The notes under the pieces were generated by a model. That model searched no databases. It was not told the origin of the DNA and saw only the letters and a list, made by a program, of their open reading frames with translations. The translations under genes were made by a program, and so were the position numbers. From Sedimentisphaerales bacterium (GTDB lineage: Bacteria; Planctomycetota; Phycisphaerae; Sedimentisphaerales; SM23-30), in assembly GCA_963663805.2 (NCBI GenBank), contig CAXXMR010000008.1, forward strand, positions 128,001-192,000: a DNA stretch of 64,000 bases, given 5' to 3'. Positions 59,747 through 64,000 of this stretch are shown one piece after another; position 1 is the first letter of the stretch, and the number at the start of each line of letters is the position of its first letter.

Positions 59747-62353
59747 ATGAAATATTTCTCGTTTCGCGTAGTCGTTGTCCTGGTGCTTTTGCTGTTTAGC
59801 TGTCCTGCTCCTGCTCAGGAATGCGTCACCCTGAACTTTTTCGATGCCGCCCACAGTTATTCTCAGCCCTACACCTGCTGGGACGGCTCTAAATGCCGCG
59901 TCTACGCCTCCAGCTCTTCAGTCTTTACCATCTGCAACTCCGGCGGTATTCCTGTTGACATGTCCATCGGCACCGGCTCACTTGTTCTCGAAACTACCAT
60001 GCCCGGCGGCTGGTGGAACCTTGAATTCAAAATCGACTGGGGCCATTCCATCAACTGCTATCGCTACGGCGAAAGCCCACTTCTCCACTTACGCGTTAAA
60101 TGGGGACAGATAGCATCCGGCGCCGACATGTGGATTGAATTAAAGGACGACCAGAGCATCAAAACCCTTTATCGTTCCTATACCGGCCAGGGCGATTCAT
60201 ACAGCAACCAGTCTGCCGCCGTCTACCTTCTGGATTATGTAACCCCTTCGACCTCACAATGGCAGGATGTCTACATCCCCCTATCTGACTTCCTTGCCGA
60301 CAATCCCAACCTGGACCCTACGCGTATCAGCATCCTCAAATTTTACGGGGTCGGATACTATTCCCAGACCAATACCCTCTACATCGAAAAAATCCGTATC
60401 GTCCCCGATACTGCTTGCACCTATCTTGACATGATAAAGGTGAATCAGCTTGGCTATCTGCCCGGCGATCGCAAACTAGTCCTCATCAGCTACGAGTCAG
60501 GTTCGCCTGTTACTGCTCCCACCTATTTCCAGCTCAAAGACGCTGATACCCAGGCCATCGTTTATCAGGGCTCGACAGTTCTGGACACACCCTCCGGCTC
60601 ATACTGGGATTATAGTGGCGATACGGTCTATCACGCCGACTTTTCAGAATTCACCACGCCCGGACGTTATGTTATCTACTCCCCTCAGCTGGGCCAGACT
60701 TCCCCGGACTTTGAAATATCCGCCCACGCTTATGACCAGCCCTTCCGCGACGCCTTGCGTTTCTTCTATTACGCTCGAAGCGGTTACGATATCGCAGAGC
60801 CCTACGCCGAAGGACATCCACGCCCCAACATTTACGCTAACAACGCCTACTGCTCTTATGATTACGACGACAACGATGCCAGTAAAATGTACGATTACGA
60901 CCCGCTTAATGCCGGTATAACCACCCGCGATGTCCGCGGCGGCTGGTTCGATGCTGGCGACTTGCATCTCGATGTCCACAATAATGTCGCCACCTTGTGG
61001 TTTCTGCTGAAAACCTACCAACAGTTCAACTCCAAGCTCGGCCCCGGCCTGCTCAATCTGCCCGAATCCGACACCCAGCGTAACGACATTATCCCTCTGA
61101 TAACTTACCAGCTTGACTGGTTCAAAAAAATGCAGAACCCTGACGGCAGTGTGCATTTCATCGTCATTTCATCCGGCAGTCAACAGCAGCAGCAGGTCTC
61201 TGATGTCTCCAGCGGTGCCGCCTGTATCCTGGCCGGTATTTTCGCCAAGGCCTATACCGCCTTTACTGATGTGCCGGGCATGGAATCATACGCCGCAGAT
61301 TTATTAACTCGTGCCGAGCTGTCCTGGTCCTGGCTTGTTGCCCATCCCGACAATTATAATCCCACCAGTTCCAGCGGCTACACCTGGTCCTACGGTATAC
61401 GTGACGACACCTCCTTCCGTTCCTTCGCCGCCATCGAGCTCTACATCGCCACCGGCAGCACCTCCTACCGCACCTATTTCGAAACTGCCTTCAACCGTAC
61501 CGGCGATGCTGTAACCGCCTTCCCCGGTGACTTTAGCGGCTCCGGTGCTTCCGGCTCATCAGGTCATTACAATTACCTCGCCCTCATCGGCAGCATTAAC
61601 GGCATCACTGCCGGTTACATGGACTACATCGACACTACCCGCCCTGTTACCGCTGCCATCAAAAACAATATCAAACAGCATTTCCTCAGCGACGCCGCCT
61701 CCGCTCTGGCCCACCGCAACTATACCACCTACAACATCCCGCTTTATATGTTCAATGACCTCTCCTGGGGCTCCAGCGGTATGCTCTGCGGCAATGCCTT
61801 CGTCCTGCTGCGTGCCTACGAATGGACTGGCAACGAAGAATATCGACACGCCGCCCAGGATGTCCTCGACTGGATTAGCGGCCGCAACCCCGTCGCCCGC
61901 AACTTCATCACCGGCTACGGCGACAACCTCCACGGCACGGACCACTATTCATTTTATATGTTCGACCACGAAAATCCCGTCCCCGGTTATCTCTGCGGCA
62001 ACATAAACGCCTTTGGCGCCGATTGGGGCCAGCATCCCCTCAACTATTACATCAAGTACAAATATAAATACTACCTTAATATCCAGACTGCTGCCATCCT
62101 CGAACCCTGCCTGCCCTGGCAAGCTGAAATGTGCTACCTGCTGGGTTACTTCGCTTCCGACCTGAAATTAACCGCCGACATCTACCCCGACGGCCTGGTT
62201 GATATGCTCGACGCCAATCTGCTCTTCCAGGCCTGGCTAACCGCACCAACCGACCAGAACTGGAACCCAGACTGCGACCTCGCTGACCCCGCCAATAATT
62301 TAATAGACTTCGCCGATTTCGCCGTCCTCGCCGCCCAATGGACCGAAAATTAG
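59747..62353 (+). CDS. glycoside hydrolase family 9 with N-terminal CBM-like, Ig-like and C-terminal dockerin-like domains
   Basis: IKVNQLGYLP, ADFSEFTTPGRY, GGWFDAGD, WISGRNP..FITGYG, EPCLPWQA, ADIYPDGLVDMLD..IDFADFAVLAAQW. Confidence 0.9.
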   Translation: MKYFSFRVVVVLVLLLFSCPAPAQECVTLNFFDAAHSYSQPYTCWDGSKCRVYASSSSVFTICNSGGIPVDMSIGTGSLVLETTMPGGWWNLEFKIDWGHSINCYRYGESPLLHLRVKWGQIASGADMWIELKDDQSIKTLYRSYTGQGDSYSNQSAAVYLLDYVTPSTSQWQDVYIPLSDFLADNPNLDPTRISILKFYGVGYYSQTNTLYIEKIRIVPDTACTYLDMIKVNQLGYLPGDRKLVLISYESGSPVTAPTYFQLKDADTQAIVYQGSTVLDTPSGSYWDYSGDTVYHADFSEFTTPGRYVIYSPQLGQTSPDFEISAHAYDQPFRDALRFFYYARSGYDIAEPYAEGHPRPNIYANNAYCSYDYDDNDASKMYDYDPLNAGITTRDVRGGWFDAGDLHLDVHNNVATLWFLLKTYQQFNSKLGPGLLNLPESDTQRNDIIPLITYQLDWFKKMQNPDGSVHFIVISSGSQQQQQVSDVSSGAACILAGIFAKAYTAFTDVPGMESYAADLLTRAELSWSWLVAHPDNYNPTSSSGYTWSYGIRDDTSFRSFAAIELYIATGSTSYRTYFETAFNRTGDAVTAFPGDFSGSGASGSSGHYNYLALIGSINGITAGYMDYIDTTRPVTAAIKNNIKQHFLSDAASALAHRNYTTYNIPLYMFNDLSWGSSGMLCGNAFVLLRAYEWTGNEEYRHAAQDVLDWISGRNPVARNFITGYGDNLHGTDHYSFYMFDHENPVPGYLCGNINAFGADWGQHPLNYYIKYKYKYYLNIQTAAILEPCLPWQAEMCYLLGYFASDLKLTADIYPDGLVDMLDANLLFQAWLTAPTDQNWNPDCDLADPANNLIDFADFAVLAAQWTEN

Positions 62354-63344
62354 ATATTACAAAACTCGATGATTTGTCATCTATATTTCCAGGATTGTCT
62401 TCCGAGCAGTCTTCTTGCCATAAAATGTGTGACGAAGCTTCACCGAGAAGTTCAAGGTCACTCAGTCTTCCTTTTCTATTTTTAAGGCTACAATAAAGTT
62501 CGCTAAGTTCATCCAGGCATTCTAATTTTTTTATATCTGATTTTATACTTTCTAAATATTCGGGTATTAATTCAGGATCAAACCCTAAAGGTCTTATTTT
62601 TCTGATAAATTCCAACAATCCTGTTTGATCTTTATTGTTTATGAGGTAAACAATAATTTCTTTCCAAAGAATATCTTCGTTTTCAAAAGTGTATTCATTT
62701 AGCAAAAATATTTTTCCCGCCTTGGAGTAATATCGAATTTCATAAGTATAAAGTCCTTTTTGGGAGGCGGCATCGTGGATAATTTCATATAGTTGACTTG
62801 TAATTTTATTTACTAATTTGCCAATAAATTTTTTGATCCTTAAATTATTTCTGACAGTTTTGAGTTTTCCATCTTCGTGCAGATCAATTTTAAGATATTT
62901 TGACAAGAATCTCAAAAAAGAGGTTCTCTCGTTAGAATTAAAAGAACACGAATCTATGATATAGCGGTCATATCTATACTTTGTGTAAAAAGTTCCTAGC
63001 AATTGGAGTAGTTCATTGTGAGGGCAACTTATGTTTAGACTATGTGGTTTTTTCTTAATACGTTTTATCAGTTCAAGGTGATTATGTGTAATTAGTTTTT
63101 TTTCAAATTTATGCTTGTCAGCAGAATTGTCATACTCTAGCAGTATGATAGATATTTTTAATAACCTTTCAATTCCAACTGAAAGATTATACAAAATTTC
63201 AAAGATGTCTTCGTCATGATTTAATGTATTAATTTCATGAAGATGCTTTAGGCCATTATAAAGAAAACTGCCAGAAATATGTAGTTCTGTTCCAAGCTCA
63301 AAATTTTGCCAGAATACATTCGGTTTCATTAATAGGTGTCCCAT
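62076..63344 (-). CDS. AT-rich hypothetical protein, possibly HEPN-like; 3' end overlaps GH9 antisense
   Basis: long ORF in AT-rich DNA; LSVGIERLLK...ITHNHLEL...RYDRY pattern. Confidence 0.6.
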   Translation of the reverse strand: MGHLLMKPNVFWQNFELGTELHISGSFLYNGLKHLHEINTLNHDEDIFEILYNLSVGIERLLKISIILLEYDNSADKHKFEKKLITHNHLELIKRIKKKPHSLNISCPHNELLQLLGTFYTKYRYDRYIIDSCSFNSNERTSFLRFLSKYLKIDLHEDGKLKTVRNNLRIKKFIGKLVNKITSQLYEIIHDAASQKGLYTYEIRYYSKAGKIFLLNEYTFENEDILWKEIIVYLINNKDQTGLLEFIRKIRPLGFDPELIPEYLESIKSDIKKLECLDELSELYCSLKNRKGRLSDLELLGEASSHILWQEDCSEDNPGNIDDKSSSFVISNFRSIGRRGRRNRRSLLNYWRGQRGRSLGSSSGRLVRLARPGRADWRRAYQPGRRGRCRRLISGRKRSNPAGSTFQLARAGRVRGWQQSGY

Positions 63345-63397
63345 TGTTTAAATATGCTGGCGTTAGCGTTTAATTTTTTTAGGAGATCGCTTATTTG

Positions 63398-64000
63398 CTA
63401 TAACAACTCATCCTCAGCCAGTCGCACGATCAATCCGCCCAATTTGCTCTTGAGAATAATTGGATAATCTACCCAGCCTTCCCCACGCTGCAATATAGAA
63501 ACATCCGTTCGGTTCGCCGCAAATGCCGCCGGACCATTAAGGATTATTGCGTCCAGATTCTTGTTTACCAGCTTCTGTTTCGCCCGCTTCCGTGCCCCCT
63601 TGTCCTGCACAGCAAAGCCAATCAGCATTTTATCTTTCTTGTCTTGCCCCAGTTCCGCCAGGATGTCCCGTGTTCTTTCCAGTTCCAGATTCATCCCGCC
63701 CGGTGACTTTTCCATCTTATGTGTCCAACGTTTCGCCGGTCGATAATCGCAAACCGCTGCCGTCATTATAACGCAGTCGCATTTATTGAAATGTTCCCCA
63801 ACAGCTTCGGCCATCTCTTCGCTACTGACCACCCGCACCAGTTTGACCCCTTTAGGTCGTGCCAAACCTACCGGACCGCTGATTAAGGTGACTTTATGTC
63901 CCCGTTTAATTGCCGCCGCCGCGCAGGCATACCCCATCTTGCCCGTTGAACCATTAGTTAAAAACCGCACCGGGTCCAGATATTCCCGGGTAGGCCCGCC
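63398..64000 (-). CDS. coaB: phosphopantothenate--cysteine ligase (CoaB domain of CoaBC), 5' partial
   Basis: GGPTREYLDPVRFLTNGSTGKMG, AAVCDYRP, LIGFA, KL-x-x-KNLD-x-I-x-x-N. Confidence 0.92.
   Translation of the reverse strand, partial: GGPTREYLDPVRFLTNGSTGKMGYACAAAAIKRGHKVTLISGPVGLARPKGVKLVRVVSSEEMAEAVGEHFNKCDCVIMTAAVCDYRPAKRWTHKMEKSPGGMNLELERTRDILAELGQDKKDKMLIGFAVQDKGARKRAKQKLVNKNLDAIILNGPAAFAANRTDVSILQRGEGWVDYPIILKSKLGGLIVRLAEDELL

Overview
Bacterial chromosomal window, most likely Planctomycetota/Phycisphaerae. This is inferred from the prepilin H-X9-DG proteins, PEP-CTERM proteins, dockerin-like modules with LamG inserts and Tat sulfatases. 0-18 kb: alpha-2-macroglobulin (one extra base), glycyl-tRNA synthetase, sulfatase, asnS, a MoxR/DUF58/transglutaminase operon and an Rrf2-hcp-ferredoxin-Nir/Sir nitrosative-stress operon. 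18-22 kb: a secreted tandem-PDC protein plus a chemoreceptor. 22-41 kb: a LacI-controlled, roughly symmetric glycan-utilisation locus. 41-44 kb: an intact IS21 element inserted at the centre of a palindromic 21-bp tandem array. 44-52 kb: a tandemly duplicated PEP-CTERM + RCC1 unit whose leaders hold four copies of a ~120-130 nt multi-stem element. It shows covariation, G-U wobbles on the minus strand and a promoter-like sequence ahead of each copy. This candidate structured RNA family is the most novel-looking feature. 52-64 kb: FN3 protein, GH29, two BNR-repeat paralogs, a second prepilin protein, sulfatase, GH9, an AT-rich HEPN-like orphan and a partial coaB. All calls come from reading motifs by eye; no database searches were run.
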